Shown: piece by piece, positions 1 through 11,780 of the stretch
Layout of the letters: each line of letters begins with the position of its first letter
Position numbering within the stretch: position 1 is the first letter of the stretch
Source: Craspedostauros australis
Lineage: Eukaryota
Assembly (NCBI GenBank): GCA_030167865.1
Contig: JALAGF010002914.1
Span: forward strand, 1-35,934
Reading direction: 5' to 3'
Length of the DNA stretch: 35,934 nucleotides
Notes under the pieces: model-generated
The model's input: the letters and a program-made list of their open reading frames with translations, nothing else
The model's database searches: none
Told to the model about the DNA's origin: nothing
Translations under genes and position numbers: made by a program

Positions 1-774
1 ACCAGAAACATCACACGAGAAGCAGCAAAGCACACAGAAATCACAGACAGAGAGCACTACTCCCCAGAGTAGATCACACAGAATAACGACAACAGTACGA
101 ACAAAACCAAAACAAACACCAAAAAACAACGAAAACAACAGAAACAGAAACACAAAGGAGAGAACTAACTAAGTACTCAATAGTAGTAGGAACAAACAAA
201 GTACCATGATGGGTGCAAACCACATATTTATGTCTAATCAAGTACTTAGTCTTGCCAATTCCGACATAAAAAGTAAGCTTTTCTCCTTTTCCGACAACTC
301 CCTGGGTATTTCTGCCTGGGAGGTAAATTGTCAAACTTCGCCGCGAAGAAGAGTTCTTCTGTCGTTGGTGTAGTCTGCGGCAACGCAAACACTGATTCGT
401 TCGTCAGCTGCCACGTTTATCAAGACAATTGCATTCAAGTGTGTCCTTTGTGATGTTTCATATGAATTCAATTGGGGACTGCAACTCTTCTCCTTGTCCT
501 CCACCAATCATACTACTAATCAGGGGTTAGAATAGTCTAGACTAGTGCATCCAAAGAACAACATACTAGCAGTCATTTATATGTATGGTAACGTAACTAC
601 GGCTGATATGCTATCTATCCCTTAGTTTGCACTAGTCTATACTTATGCTTCCACTCCAACGGAAGTCAATACTCTGAGCCTTTGCCTCTTGTTGCTCTGG
701 TGAATTCGATGGTTCCGCCTGATACATTCGCAGACGGGAGCACGTCCTTCAACTTGCCATCCATCCCACCCACT

Positions 775-2145
775 TCATCCCCGCGATATGTTCCGCAGCG
801 TCATGCGCACCTTCTGCCGCGCTTCGTCGTCGCTGATCTCCTCCCAATACAGCCCGCGGCGCTTCAAAAATCGCACACCGTTCGCCTTGATCTGGTCCAC
901 CAAGATCTCGGATAGCACCGTCTTTTGGATATCGTTATGCTGCCGCCCCCTCAAAAATTCGATCAGCGCCACGTTCCCGGGATGCTGCTGATACGGCCGT
1001 CCACGCCCCATCACGACATCCGTCTGCCGCGGGCAATGATAGCAATCGTCCGGTTTCCTCGTATCGTAGCGTCGCGACAGATCTTCATCGTTGCGCTGCA
1101 GTTCCTTGATGTAGGCTTGCGATTCGATATGCAGCATCTCGCGCGGCACGCCGTACGTGGCCAGTTCCAGCGCGATCTCGGACATGGAGCCGTAATGCAG
1201 CCTTGTGCGTAAGCGCACGTAGCGCGGTGACGTGAGCATGACGAGACTGACGAAGGGTTTGATGCGAGGATTCTCAAAGCAAAGATGCGTGCTCGTCATA
1301 TCGGCCGGCACGCAGTCCGTGATGCCCAAACGCGACATGTGGCGGATGGAACTGAGTCCGATGCGATACTGCTGGTTTGTGGCGCCGATCATGTTGACGA
1401 CGATGACGTGATTTCCGACCTGCCGATCGTCCAAGCCTTCGACCATCTCCATGAGGTACCACATGGCCTGCAGGAACGCCATCGTCGTGCGGAAATGGAA
1501 ATGCTTGTAATTCATGACGAGGAATCTGCGATGCTGATCGTTGTGCAGATTGCGCACGAGCAGCCCACCGCTGCGGATGGAGGTTTGGGCATCCTCGGGC
1601 AAGTCATCAAAGCTCAAAGGCAGGGTCATGTGATCGACTCCGAACAAGGTTTGGCGCAGTTCGTAGAACTGGACCAGGAATTGAGCGGCCTGCGCAGGTT
1701 TCCATTGCGCCTTGCGCAGCATGTTGATGCGCATCTCGCGATCCTGCGCCAAGGCAGGTGATAGGAAGGCAGCTTTGGTGTATGCCGCCTTCTTGCGGAT
1801 CAAGGAGATCTCGCGTTGCAGATCGCGGAGGCTCTGTTGCACGCGTTCGGGATCCTCGGCTTGAGAGGTGGGAACGCCATGGATGTCGCTGTAGACGTGC
1901 TCTCGTTCTGTCAAGGTCAAGCCGCTGAGTTCGTCGGCCAGCAGCTGCTCACCGTCGGTGATTGCGTTCCTGGAGGAGCGGATGGGCGTCGCTTTGGCAC
2001 GCAGACCTCCGGCAGCAGCAGACTTGGACGTGGTGGTGACCACGGCATGGCTGCGACCACGAGAACTGCGGCTGCTGCCATGCTTTTGGAACGGCCGGAA
2101 GAAGCTCTTGCTTCTGGCCTCCTTCTTTTGTGTTGTTTGCGTCAT
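775..2145 (-). CDS. DUF6824-domain protein with upstream CRAL-TRIO-like region (diatom-expanded family)
   Basis: 456-aa ORF. The C-terminus DVVMGRGRPYQQHPGNVAL...RFLKRRGLYWEEISDDEARQKVRMTLR matches the DUF6824 pattern. 'LSGLTLTEREHVYSDIHGV' and 'RLRTRLHYGS...LATYGVP' are typical of this diatom family. Confidence 0.85.
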   Translation of the reverse strand: MTQTTQKKEARSKSFFRPFQKHGSSRSSRGRSHAVVTTTSKSAAAGGLRAKATPIRSSRNAITDGEQLLADELSGLTLTEREHVYSDIHGVPTSQAEDPERVQQSLRDLQREISLIRKKAAYTKAAFLSPALAQDREMRINMLRKAQWKPAQAAQFLVQFYELRQTLFGVDHMTLPLSFDDLPEDAQTSIRSGGLLVRNLHNDQHRRFLVMNYKHFHFRTTMAFLQAMWYLMEMVEGLDDRQVGNHVIVVNMIGATNQQYRIGLSSIRHMSRLGITDCVPADMTSTHLCFENPRIKPFVSLVMLTSPRYVRLRTRLHYGSMSEIALELATYGVPREMLHIESQAYIKELQRNDEDLSRRYDTRKPDDCYHCPRQTDVVMGRGRPYQQHPGNVALIEFLRGRQHNDIQKTVLSEILVDQIKANGVRFLKRRGLYWEEISDDEARQKVRMTLRNISRG

Positions 2146-3053
2146 GGTTGTGCTGTGTTATGTTATATAATACTGTGTTCTACTGTGCTGTTGAGTATTG
2201 TTGTGCATGTGCGTCTGCGATGATCATGAAGTGGGAGGTTACAGAGGGGATGCCTGTGGCGATACCAACACCATGTGAATCGAGAAGAGTGACGTTGTGA
2301 GTGGCTCTCATGCGGTTGGGTTGGGTTCCGCCACCAATTCCAACATGCAATTGATCTGTCATGTTGGTGTGCCTCATGCTTTGCGGCAACTCTGCCTTCT
2401 TCGACAACGAATCGATCTGGACGAACCGTCAGCGATGGAATGGCTGCCTTGTGTTCGTGATTCTCTGTCTGTTCGTCTCGAGACGCGCAACTGCGCGCGA
2501 TGTTTGTTCTGACGTGTTGCAGACACGAACCTTTCAAAATAGTGAAGGCAATAAATGAAGGAAACAGGAAAGGAGAGCGCGGAAAAGCTGCATTGGCCCC
2601 ACAAACTAAGGCAAGGTCATCAAACAGCTCAGAATCTATCGACATTCAAGGTCCGCATCCATGTATCCAGGTCCATTGGTTTCATTTTACTTGTGTGCTG
2701 TTACGAGAACTATCTTCCTTGTTGTGCCGTTGTGGCATTCCCACGGTATGATATTCTACGATGCTGGGATACTCGAGCATTGTCGAGCCTCGTGCCCGTT
2801 CGGTGTGCTATTGTTTGGCGTGTTGGTGTCGGGACTGTATGGTACTCACCACGATTGGAGTACTGCGAGGATTGTGTGATGTTGGATTGTATTGTGCTGT
2901 GTTGTGTTGGGGTGGATGGGAGAGCGCTGTCCCAATTTGAATTCGAATTGGAGCAGGGTGAAGTGCATGCCATTGAATGTCCCTATGACACTCAATACCA
3001 CAGTGCACAGTCGTGCGTTGACACGAATTGCCATTGCAACCAACGCAATTGCT

Positions 3054-4508
3054 CTATTTGGCAAACGCCGACGGGTACATCAGATGGCCGATCTTCTCCT
3101 TCATCAAGTCCATGATGAACACGGCGCACACCATGCGTCCGTAGCGGAAGGTGGCACCACGATAAAATCCGGTGAAACCAGAATCTGCCATGATCTTTTG
3201 GCCCGTTTTCGTGAAGGTATCGTACGTGGAACGCTCGATGTCGCCCTGCATGCACGTTTTGATGGTATCGAAGGGATGGGTGAGGTAGCAGGCAAAGAGA
3301 CCACCCAGGAGCGCGGCGGGGATGCGCGCCTTGTCGTTGGTGTCGAAGGTTTCCGGGTAATTCTCCATGAGCCCACGGCGCACGACGGGTGGGATGGACA
3401 GGTACCCGCACGTCCACAGGGCTTCTCGGATGGCGCACCCGATGAATCCACGTCCGATGTTGGCGGGGTTCTCCATGATGTTGGAGAGGCGGACAGGGAC
3501 GCCGCCGCCCTTGCGCTGCTGCTGGATCATGATGAGCTCAAGCGGGCTGCCGACCAATCCGCTGATGGTACCCGCGCCGATTCCGCATGCCATTTCTTCG
3601 AAGAGGCTGAGGTTGCGGCTGGTGTTGTCACCCAGCAGCATGCTTTTGAATCTGCCGCCGACGGCGAATTGAATCATCGTGCAGGAACCCATGTTGACGC
3701 AGTTGGAACCGACGCCGCGGTACATGTGGGCGGGGTTCATGGAGATGGGTTTTTGCTGTTGGACCATGTTCTTGGCATAATTGAATGGTTGCAAAATCAG
3801 AACCTGTTGATGTTCATGTTGTTGGTATTGGCGTTGTTGATTGGCACCAACGATGATGATGATGATGACGGTTGAACGACGGAGATGTAAATGATTTTCA
3901 TCATGGTATGAATGCGATCAGCCGTGATGACGCAAGCATGCGATCATGATTTCGATGATTCATCAATGAATGCATCAAATGAATTGATCGGTTGATTAAT
4001 CGATGCATTGATCCATCCATCCATCCAGTCATTGAGTGCGTGATGTTGGCATTTCAAGAAGAGGTGAGGCGGAATGGCATGAATGAATGGTGCAGGGTTG
4101 CAATCATGACATGATTGCAAGCGTTGTCGTGGTAGCATGAAGGTGCCATCAAGTGATGTACGATGGTATGCATGTGGGTCGGTTGGTTGGTCGGGCAACC
4201 AGGTGGGTCAATTTATTTTGCATTTGCATTTTCGATCATTGCAGCGAATCCAAGCAGACAGAGAGAGAAGATTGATTGGGTGAGATCGAGTCGAATGAAG
4301 CTATTCCATCGTCGATGCCGTGGATCATGATCGTCCATGCGCTTGGAAGCGTTGATCTTTGACCATCGTCATGTCCCTCTCTTCCCTGGCCTGCGCGACC
4401 ATTCATCGCATTCGGCATTGCCATCGCACCTGCGATCAAGCTCACCTCAATAACTCCCACCGTCATTCCGACGGTGGCATTCTGGAGCTCGTTCAATTCT
4501 GATGACAT
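3054..4508 (-). CDS. Mitochondrial carrier family (SLC25) protein, 2 exons (4508-4446, 3803-3054), about 270 aa
   Basis: Exon 1 MSSELNELQNATVGMTVGVIE ends at a GTGAG donor (4445). A CAG acceptor at 3806-3804 continues in frame with VLILQPFNYAKN. Three carrier repeats: PFNYAK, PLELIM, PFDTIK, plus YRG/FYRG motifs. Confidence 0.9.
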
Positions 4509-5246
4509 CTTGCTTGGTTGCTTCTGCTTCTGCTGTTGCTGATTATTCGATGTGGAGGAGAGGTATGTGATCTCTTGAATTATGATACTATGCTTTGAGT
4601 GACGCTTGGTTTGGTTTGACTTGAATGCTCGAATGAAAGTGAGTGAAGAAAACCGGAGGGAGACGGATGTGCCGAAATGAAAGTGACCGCAATGATGGAC
4701 GAGAGAAGTTGTGAGCAATGAACGAAGAGCCGATCCGCCATTTGATGTCGACGTTGGCGTTGACGTCGTCGTTGTAGTGATCGCAGAAGAGGAGTGGACA
4801 CGAAACTGCACGCAGAACAGCGGTATCCAGAATTTGCCACATTTGTTCTCGTCTGCATGTCGCTCGTTGATCCAGAACCATCGGCTGTTGTTCCATTTTG
4901 TCGTCTGTTCGTCTGATCCTTCGTTGGTGGAGGGAGAAGAACTTTGGTGATAGTAGTCGGATGGGTCGGTAATCACACAACATCGCGGAAACGCGTCACT
5001 CGATCGCATCGCATCGTGTCCATGTCTGTGTTTCGGGTTTGGCATCTCCAGTTCCGTGGAACGAGGCAACAAGTTGTGCGAGCAACGGTATCAAACCCAT
5101 CACGAAAGATCATCACCACCAAGAACACCACAACTCGCACATCGCACACAAGAGGCCATCGACGACGTGCGATCTTGGAACAGACCCATCCAAAGCGTAA
5201 TCGAAACCGCAGCATCCTATTGTATAATACCAAACAACACAGAACC

Positions 5247-5774
5247 ATGGAGAACGTTCAACAGCTTCCGCCGCACCAGCAACAGGAGTTCATGAAACAC
5301 CTTGAACAGATGCAACTGAAGGACAGTCTGGTGTGAGTGTGTGCGCCTGTTTTCTCGTTCGTGTCTGCATCAAACGGTACAGATGATTAGGCTAGAGAGA
5401 GATAGTTTTTTGTGTAGCCATGCCCAGCTTTCAATTTTCGGTGCAGAGTCTCAAGTTCTAACCCAATTGCAACTTCCGCTCTGCTCCTCCTCTTCAAATA
5501 CATTTCAAATGCGCTCAACCACAACTCTACACGACACGAAACTGCACTGCGTTGCACGCTCCACAGCATGTACAACAACTTGGTCGAGCGGTGTTTCAGC
5601 GGGTGCGTGTCTTCGTTCCGTTCCAAGAATCTGGACAAGTCCGAGATCACCTGCGTCGAGAATTGTGCGGCGCGGTATGTCAAGATGACGCAGCGCGTTG
5701 GATTGCGGTTTGCCGAGCATCAAGCATTGCAGCAGCAGAAGGCGGCCAATGCAGTGGCAGGTGGTACCAACTGA
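5247..5774 (+). CDS. TIM9: Mitochondrial intermembrane-space small Tim chaperone Tim9, 2 exons (5247-5332, 5567-5774)
   Basis: GTGAGT donor at 5333 and CAG acceptor ending at 5566 join ...QMQLKDSLV to MYNNLVERCFSGC...CVENC...QRVGLRFAE. Twin CX3C motif and Tim9-specific flanks. Confidence 0.92.
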
Positions 5775-5939
5775 TCGGTGCTACGAATACGTATGGCGCA
5801 GAGCAGAACAGGGCAATGCAGTGGCAGTCGCAATAACAATGGCATGATAAAGGAAATGACACTTACAATGGATAGACAAATCAATCTTCAAACTATTCGC
5901 CATACTTTGACAACGGATGGCATTTTCGAAATTCATGAT

Positions 5940-7457
5940 TCACTTGATGAACTGCGCTCCACGTAACAGAGACCGGGCATCGAGGTTTGCATTAGGCAAT
6001 GTATTCATCGCCGCTGTGGGTGGTTTGCGACCCCTTCCACCACGCTTGGGCGTGTCGTCCAAACTACTGGCTGTCGCGGTCTTGCTGCGATTGTTCAAGT
6101 ACGCCTTGACTTGCGCCAACGTCTTCGAGTTGCGCAACAACATCACAATCTGCTCTGGTTTGTGCTTCCCCTTGGCATTGCGCACGATCGCTTCTTCGGC
6201 CGGCGTCCATGCGATCGTGCCAGGTTGCGTTGCGGCGGGCGGTGCTGTTGGCATCATGCCCGATGGATGCATGGGACTCGATAGCAGACCGCCTTCCGAT
6301 TGTTTGCGTCCCGTGCGCTGATGATGCAGCGTGACAGCGGCGCGAGCCAGGTACTCGATCATGGCGGTGTCCATCTCGATGTTGGATGGTAAGATGGACG
6401 TTAGTTGTTGCAACGCCACGGGCAGGTCCTTGAGATCGGGTGGTTGGGTGGCAGCAGTTGCGGTGGTGTTTGCGTTGGACGCCGAGGCGATTGGCTGGCC
6501 AGTGGTTTGGGGTGCAGGAGGAGCAGTAGCTGTCATTGATTGCGTCGCTACTGTGCCTGGCGTCGTCGTTGTCGTTGCTGCAGTTGCAGTTGCCACTGCT
6601 TCAGCTTTTGCTACCTCGGTCGTCCCAGACGTGGGCGCGGTACCATCGACTGCGCCTTGCACGACTGGCAAGGCTGTATTGACTGTTGGCGCTGCCGCAT
6701 CAGAATCCTCCGTGTCCAACCGCCGTGCGGCCGAAGGATTGTTGTACTTGACGTTGCTGCGATCAAACCGCTTGCCCAAACCCACGAGCCGTGCATGCAG
6801 CAGCAACGAGTAGGCAGACGCCATCTTGAGACGTCCCATCGCCTGCGCTTCCATGGCGGCATTGAGCAAGTCCTCCGCCTCTCCCAACACGGCGTCGTAG
6901 ACGTTGACGGGCGTGTGCACCGTGGGCGATGCCGTCGTGACGGTCGATTTGTCGCACGGGAACTTGCCGCGCTTGCTTCTGCGGTAGGGTCGTTTCTTGC
7001 TGGGTGTTTTGGAGGCTCGTGCTGGTGCTCGCGGTGGTGCCACATGCAGCGGAGCTCTCGTCACGGCTATCGGTATTGGTGGCCTTGTCGGTATCGTCGC
7101 TGTGGTCATGGCGCGTGGCTGTGGGATACTTGTGCTTGTGTGAACATAGGGAAGTGCTGTCGTCACTGCTGTCGTCACTGCTGTCGCTGTTGCTTGGGTC
7201 ATCATGGTTGTGGGTTGCTGTGGCGATGCCAGACGCAGAGGTGGTCTCGTGGTTGTCGGAACTGCCGATGGGTGTGGTGCAACTTGAAGAGGGACAGAAC
7301 TTCGTGCCACTACTGTCATCGCCTGTCGTTTGTTGGGTTGCATGGCTGTTCCACCAACAACGGCCACAGCTACGGGCAAAGGGCGTTTGGTTCCAGACAT
7401 GATCACTCTCCCTACTGCTGCGACAGGAGCTGGTTGTGGTGGTGGAGGAGGCGTCAT
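5940..7457 (-). CDS. Low-complexity nuclear protein with C-terminal SANT/Myb-like helix-turn-helix
   Basis: Long ORF; the likely ATG is at 7457 (MTPPPPPQ) after a CA-rich leader. Basic NLS-like KKRPYRRSKR, WTPAEEAIV...KTLAQVKAYL (SANT-like) and PKRGGRGRKPP (AT-hook-like). Confidence 0.7.
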   Translation of the reverse strand: MTPPPPPQPAPVAAVGRVIMSGTKRPLPVAVAVVGGTAMQPNKRQAMTVVARSSVPLQVAPHPSAVPTTTRPPLRLASPQQPTTMMTQATATAVTTAVTTALPYVHTSTSIPQPRAMTTATIPTRPPIPIAVTRAPLHVAPPRAPARASKTPSKKRPYRRSKRGKFPCDKSTVTTASPTVHTPVNVYDAVLGEAEDLLNAAMEAQAMGRLKMASAYSLLLHARLVGLGKRFDRSNVKYNNPSAARRLDTEDSDAAAPTVNTALPVVQGAVDGTAPTSGTTEVAKAEAVATATAATTTTTPGTVATQSMTATAPPAPQTTGQPIASASNANTTATAATQPPDLKDLPVALQQLTSILPSNIEMDTAMIEYLARAAVTLHHQRTGRKQSEGGLLSSPMHPSGMMPTAPPAATQPGTIAWTPAEEAIVRNAKGKHKPEQIVMLLRNSKTLAQVKAYLNNRSKTATASSLDDTPKRGGRGRKPPTAAMNTLPNANLDARSLLRGAQFIK

Positions 7458-8849
7458 GGCGTTTGTCTGCGTGTGGGTTGGAATGTGTTGGTTGCACACT
7501 CTGGGGCAATCGTGTGAGGCGGACCCGTTTTCTTGCTGGCTTCGCGAATCAATTTGTGAGCCGTCGGTCGTTGCGCGTTGGATGCGGTGTGATGTGGACT
7601 CTTGCCATCGGCTTTCTCGCTCACTCAACAGCTCGATCACTCCTTTGCTTGTTGTTTGCGAGTGTTCCGCTTGTGTTGTGCTTGTGCTCGGCTTGATGCT
7701 CTCTCTTGTTGCTTTCGCCGATCTCACCTTTCGTTTTCGAGCGGTCGACCACTCATTATTTTGTCGCACATTCCTCTTCGGTCAAAAATGGCGCCAGCGA
7801 AACCAAAACCGAAACAGAGGATCACGCCTCGGAGGACCAAATCCAACCATGATCGGCGATCGAGAAAACCGTTGAAAGACGGTTAACATGGCAATACTGG
7901 GAGGGACTTCTCGAATAAGAGGTCGCATTCTCATGGACCTCGCAAAACGTGTGACACTTCCGCGACACGGAAAGGGCCTTCTTCGTGGGACAAGCGATTC
8001 GCGTCACAAAATCGGAACACGACTGTCAACGTAAAAGTTCGCGCACGCAAAATGTGACACTCTCCGCATTGACATGAGCGTGTGTGAAGTTGTGTGTTTC
8101 GTCATCGTTGTTTTGTTGTGTGATGGAATCTTTTGTGTCTGGTTTTGTCGTGTTGATGTGGAGTTACACATCAGTCTACTCGTGCTACTGTGCTTGGAGG
8201 AATATGTGCTAAGATGATGATGGGTGCGAACGGATGCGGCTTGGCTGAATGCCAAAGTTCTCTGCTCCGAGGAGTTGGGAGAGGCATGGCACCCTGTTTC
8301 CTGATTTCTTTTTCCTTGTCGAGATGGCGAAATTCGGTGTCTGCGCGGTGCAGTCTTCGAAAGAATCATTGACACGGACACTGTCAAGTTGCGCAACCCT
8401 GTCTCCGCAATTGACACAACTTTTGGCTTCGGAGTGACACCAACGACCAAGGGCTTCCATGACCGGCTTTCCTACCACTCCCTGTTCTCTGGTTCCCGTT
8501 CTTTTGCCGGTGATCAAGAACTCCAGCGTCTCATTCGTCCATGCCGAGCCTCTTTCTCTCTCCATTCGCATCTGTATCAACGAACAGGCACCTGTGCCAA
8601 AGCAGAGCAAGAAAGGAGGACGGACGCACCATCAACTGCGAGGGTTCTGTGATTCCTGTCACACACATCAAGAAGCGGTCGGTCCAAACAGATCTCATCC
8701 CCACAAAATCAAAAAGTGATCACAAACACACCATCAACGAAAGCAACACCAACATCAGCATTCAACCATCAATCAAGTAATCATCCATCAAGCATAGCAG
8801 CATCATCGACGTCAACAGAAACACATTCAGCAACACTATCAACATCAAC

Positions 8850-8877
8850 AGCACAAGCACAAGCACAAGCACAAGCA
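8850..8877 (+). repeat. (AGCACA)n hexamer microsatellite, about 4.7 copies, immediately before the ATG at 8883
   Basis: agcacaagcacaagcacaagcacaagca read directly. The same hexamer recurs at about 22081-22100 upstream of the MFS gene. Confidence 0.85.
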
Positions 8878-8882
8878 ATACC

Positions 8883-9572
8883 ATGTTCAAGATAGCCAGC
8901 AATCAGAAATCACATGCATTCCTCCCAGGAAGCGACACCGACAAGGACTCTCTCCAGGGCGACTTGTGCAAACGGAACAGTCGTCCTCGGCGCAGACGTC
9001 AGAGGCAACAGTCCGATCTCGCATTCTTCCTCGAGGGCAACGACAGCATGGCGAGCACGGCAAGCACCAGCACATGCAACAGCCTTGGCGATAGCAGCAA
9101 TAGCATCAGCCTGCTTGAAGAGCAGCCAGCCGCACAGCAACAATCCAAGGCGCAGCTGGGCAGTATGACGCTCATGTCCGTGCTGCCAGAATCTCGAGAA
9201 GTCAAGACGCATCATGCAGCTGGTGATAGGAGACGCCATCGCACAAGGCGCAGACGTCAACATGCGGATTGCCTTACCATCCAAGCCTGGCAGCAGCAGA
9301 CGGTCGTTGAAGAGACTCAGACCATGACCAGAACAACAACAACCACCATCGTCGCCCTCGTGAGCGACCGGCCTGCAGAACGCAGAGCCCGAGATGCGCG
9401 CACCTCCAAACCATCATTAAAGGCACCATCCAAGTCCCGATCGCCGACATCAGCCATTCCGAACAGCGATTCTTCCTCAGGACGTCCAGGAAACGCGCGC
9501 AAGCCTGGTGCTCGTGGGAACAACAAGCCAAGGCGGTGGGGATCAAGCAAGATTCATCCAGCTGCCATGTAA
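8883..9572 (+). CDS. Hypothetical disordered Ser/Arg/Thr-rich protein
   Basis: 229-aa ORF with an accATG start following a long CA-rich 5' leader like those of the bona fide genes here. No recognisable domain. Confidence 0.55.
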   Translation: MFKIASNQKSHAFLPGSDTDKDSLQGDLCKRNSRPRRRRQRQQSDLAFFLEGNDSMASTASTSTCNSLGDSSNSISLLEEQPAAQQQSKAQLGSMTLMSVLPESREVKTHHAAGDRRRHRTRRRRQHADCLTIQAWQQQTVVEETQTMTRTTTTTIVALVSDRPAERRARDARTSKPSLKAPSKSRSPTSAIPNSDSSSGRPGNARKPGARGNNKPRRWGSSKIHPAAM

Positions 9573-11780
9573 ATACCATATCATGCAACACCAGTACGAG
9601 TTCAGCATGAGAGGCACACTGCATCAATTTTCATTCCATACGAACGGAAGATCCATGTCTAACGTACTATTCTATCATATGCACATAGTTCATGACATGC
9701 GTTAATAATATTAATACATCCTTGTATTGCACAACAGCAACAACAACACTAACATCACCGACATGAAATAGTGCAACTCAAGTGCTGCAAAAGCCAACTT
9801 TCTGGGGTAGAGCGCAACAGTGCTGTTCCATGTATGATGCCAGCGCAAGATGGAACAAAGAACAAATCGCACTGGGGGACGAATTAGTTTGTTACCATAG
9901 TCATACACGAGTGTAGTAGTACCGTGTCACCACTGCAAAGCGCTTCACAAGCCAACCACGTCCCAATACCGACTCGTATGGCACAGTGCGCGCCACCGCT
10001 CCGACCTGGCGACTTCCAACTCCTACCAAGATGGCCAACCCAATCGCTGCCGCAGCTGTAGCATTTGCGCTGGCCTTTGAGCAACATCACTCACGTCCAA
10101 ACCAGCACGCTCTCACTCACTCCCTCGCTCTCTGCACACGAGGCACGCAACTCATTCCCACGAAAGATAGATTCGTATACAATCAGACCGTTGATCGCAT
10201 CCAGAACACATCAACCAGCTGCGATGCACTTCCCATGCCTCCATCGGTACCTGCAACGAGGGCAGTACTTGCTGGATTGGATTTGTGGCCCTCCGATGGA
10301 TCTCATTGCAACGATCGACCCACCCATTGCGGCGATTGGTTGCCAAAAAATGAGAGTCCATCGCAGCCATCATGCAAGTAATCGAGAACCCATCAAGGCG
10401 TCATCGGACGGGAAGCACCACCCTCCCCGGAGCCGCGGAGTTCTGGTTAGTGTTGGCAGGCATCAAGAGATGGGTGAATCTTCCGGAGGTCTGCTGGTGC
10501 AGGAGGGGGGATGATGGGATTGAACGAGAGCAAGGCATGGTGTTTGATGAGTGATGTGATGTGATATCAATGATAACATGGGCCTAGTGATATAGTTGCT
10601 GCTCCATTAGAGGTGGAGGCAGCTTGGTTGTGTATTGGTACATCCCCAGAGTGAGGGTTGTTGTTGTTGTTTCTGTTTCAGTTGTTGTTTCGGTTATTAA
10701 TGATGTTCTTTTGCAGAGTAGGTATTGATAGAAGAGGAGCGTGTAGTGATGAGTTTTCATGTGATTGATGCAATCAGTATGATGGAAGGAGCCAACAGAG
10801 GCGCCCTTGTGTGTATGGATGTGTATATGGTGTGGTTGTTTGATTGTGACGCGTGTATGGCATCGTTCTACGGAAGGTGGGGCGCGTGGATTCAAAAATA
10901 GAAGAAACACGCACACTGTGGGATCAGGGATGGATCTTTGGCGATGTCGTGGTCGTTTGGTGGAGTGCATGCCCGTACTGTAGTGTGCTTGTTGGTACGG
11001 CGCAGCTTGGATGGTGGTGGCTTCTGGTGTCTCCCTTTCAAGATCGTTGGGTGACAGAAGTTAGAACCATCGTTGGAGCCTCGGATGCGATGGTATGCAA
11101 TCTTGGGAACTTGGGCAAACGATGGAGATCACCTATCCATTTGGTCTTTGATTGGCGACGACGACGATGTTGGCGTGTGTGTGTACGTGGGGATGCGCAT
11201 GTTGTGCGGTATGACCACACACGTGCAGGTATGTGCGCGTGCGCGCATGTGGTCAAAGGCAACAGCCCTGGGCTGAGGTGGGCTGGATGTGTGATGTACC
11301 TACGAGCATGCCACAAGTAGCTTCGGACCCAAGATGGAACGAGGCAATCGTGTGTGTTAAGGATGAGCTGGAGTGTTGGTCAGGTGTAGAGCGTCCCTAT
11401 GTATTGTATTGTACGGCGATGTTGTCGACTAGATACAATGTGTTGGGTGCCTTTCTTCATCGCAAAGCACGGATGCGTGATGCATCGCAGAGCATGTGTG
11501 ATGATCAAGGTAGATGGAGACGGGGTATAGAGCATTGATGTTGTTGTGATGGATGATGGAGCTTGCACCAGGGGATGCTGGTACGAGTCCGCTCGTACTT
11601 GCACTTGTGTTGGTGCTCGTGCTTGTACTTGGACTTGCGTGGATGGAGTGATGTGGTGTCTGACTATCGATGGGACTTGGCGATGCAGCTTCGGGATGCA
11701 CGCATGCATTGACGGATACATTCATGGATCAAAGCACTCTACGCGAGCCTCAACTCGTATTGGCCTGTCGGTTGATGTCT

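Noticed and set aside
1-640. A/C-rich start and AT-rich stretch considered as an LTR or mobile-element end
   Set aside because: No second copy, terminal repeat, PBS or coding remnant can be identified within the window.
2892-3875. 327-aa + strand ORF
   Set aside because: Antisense to the mitochondrial carrier, with no domain features.
4236-5072. 278-aa - strand ORF
   Set aside because: Contains only the 21-codon first exon of the carrier; the rest is leader and intron read-through.
6331-7875. Multiple long overlapping ORFs on both strands
   Set aside because: Shadows of a low-complexity coding region.
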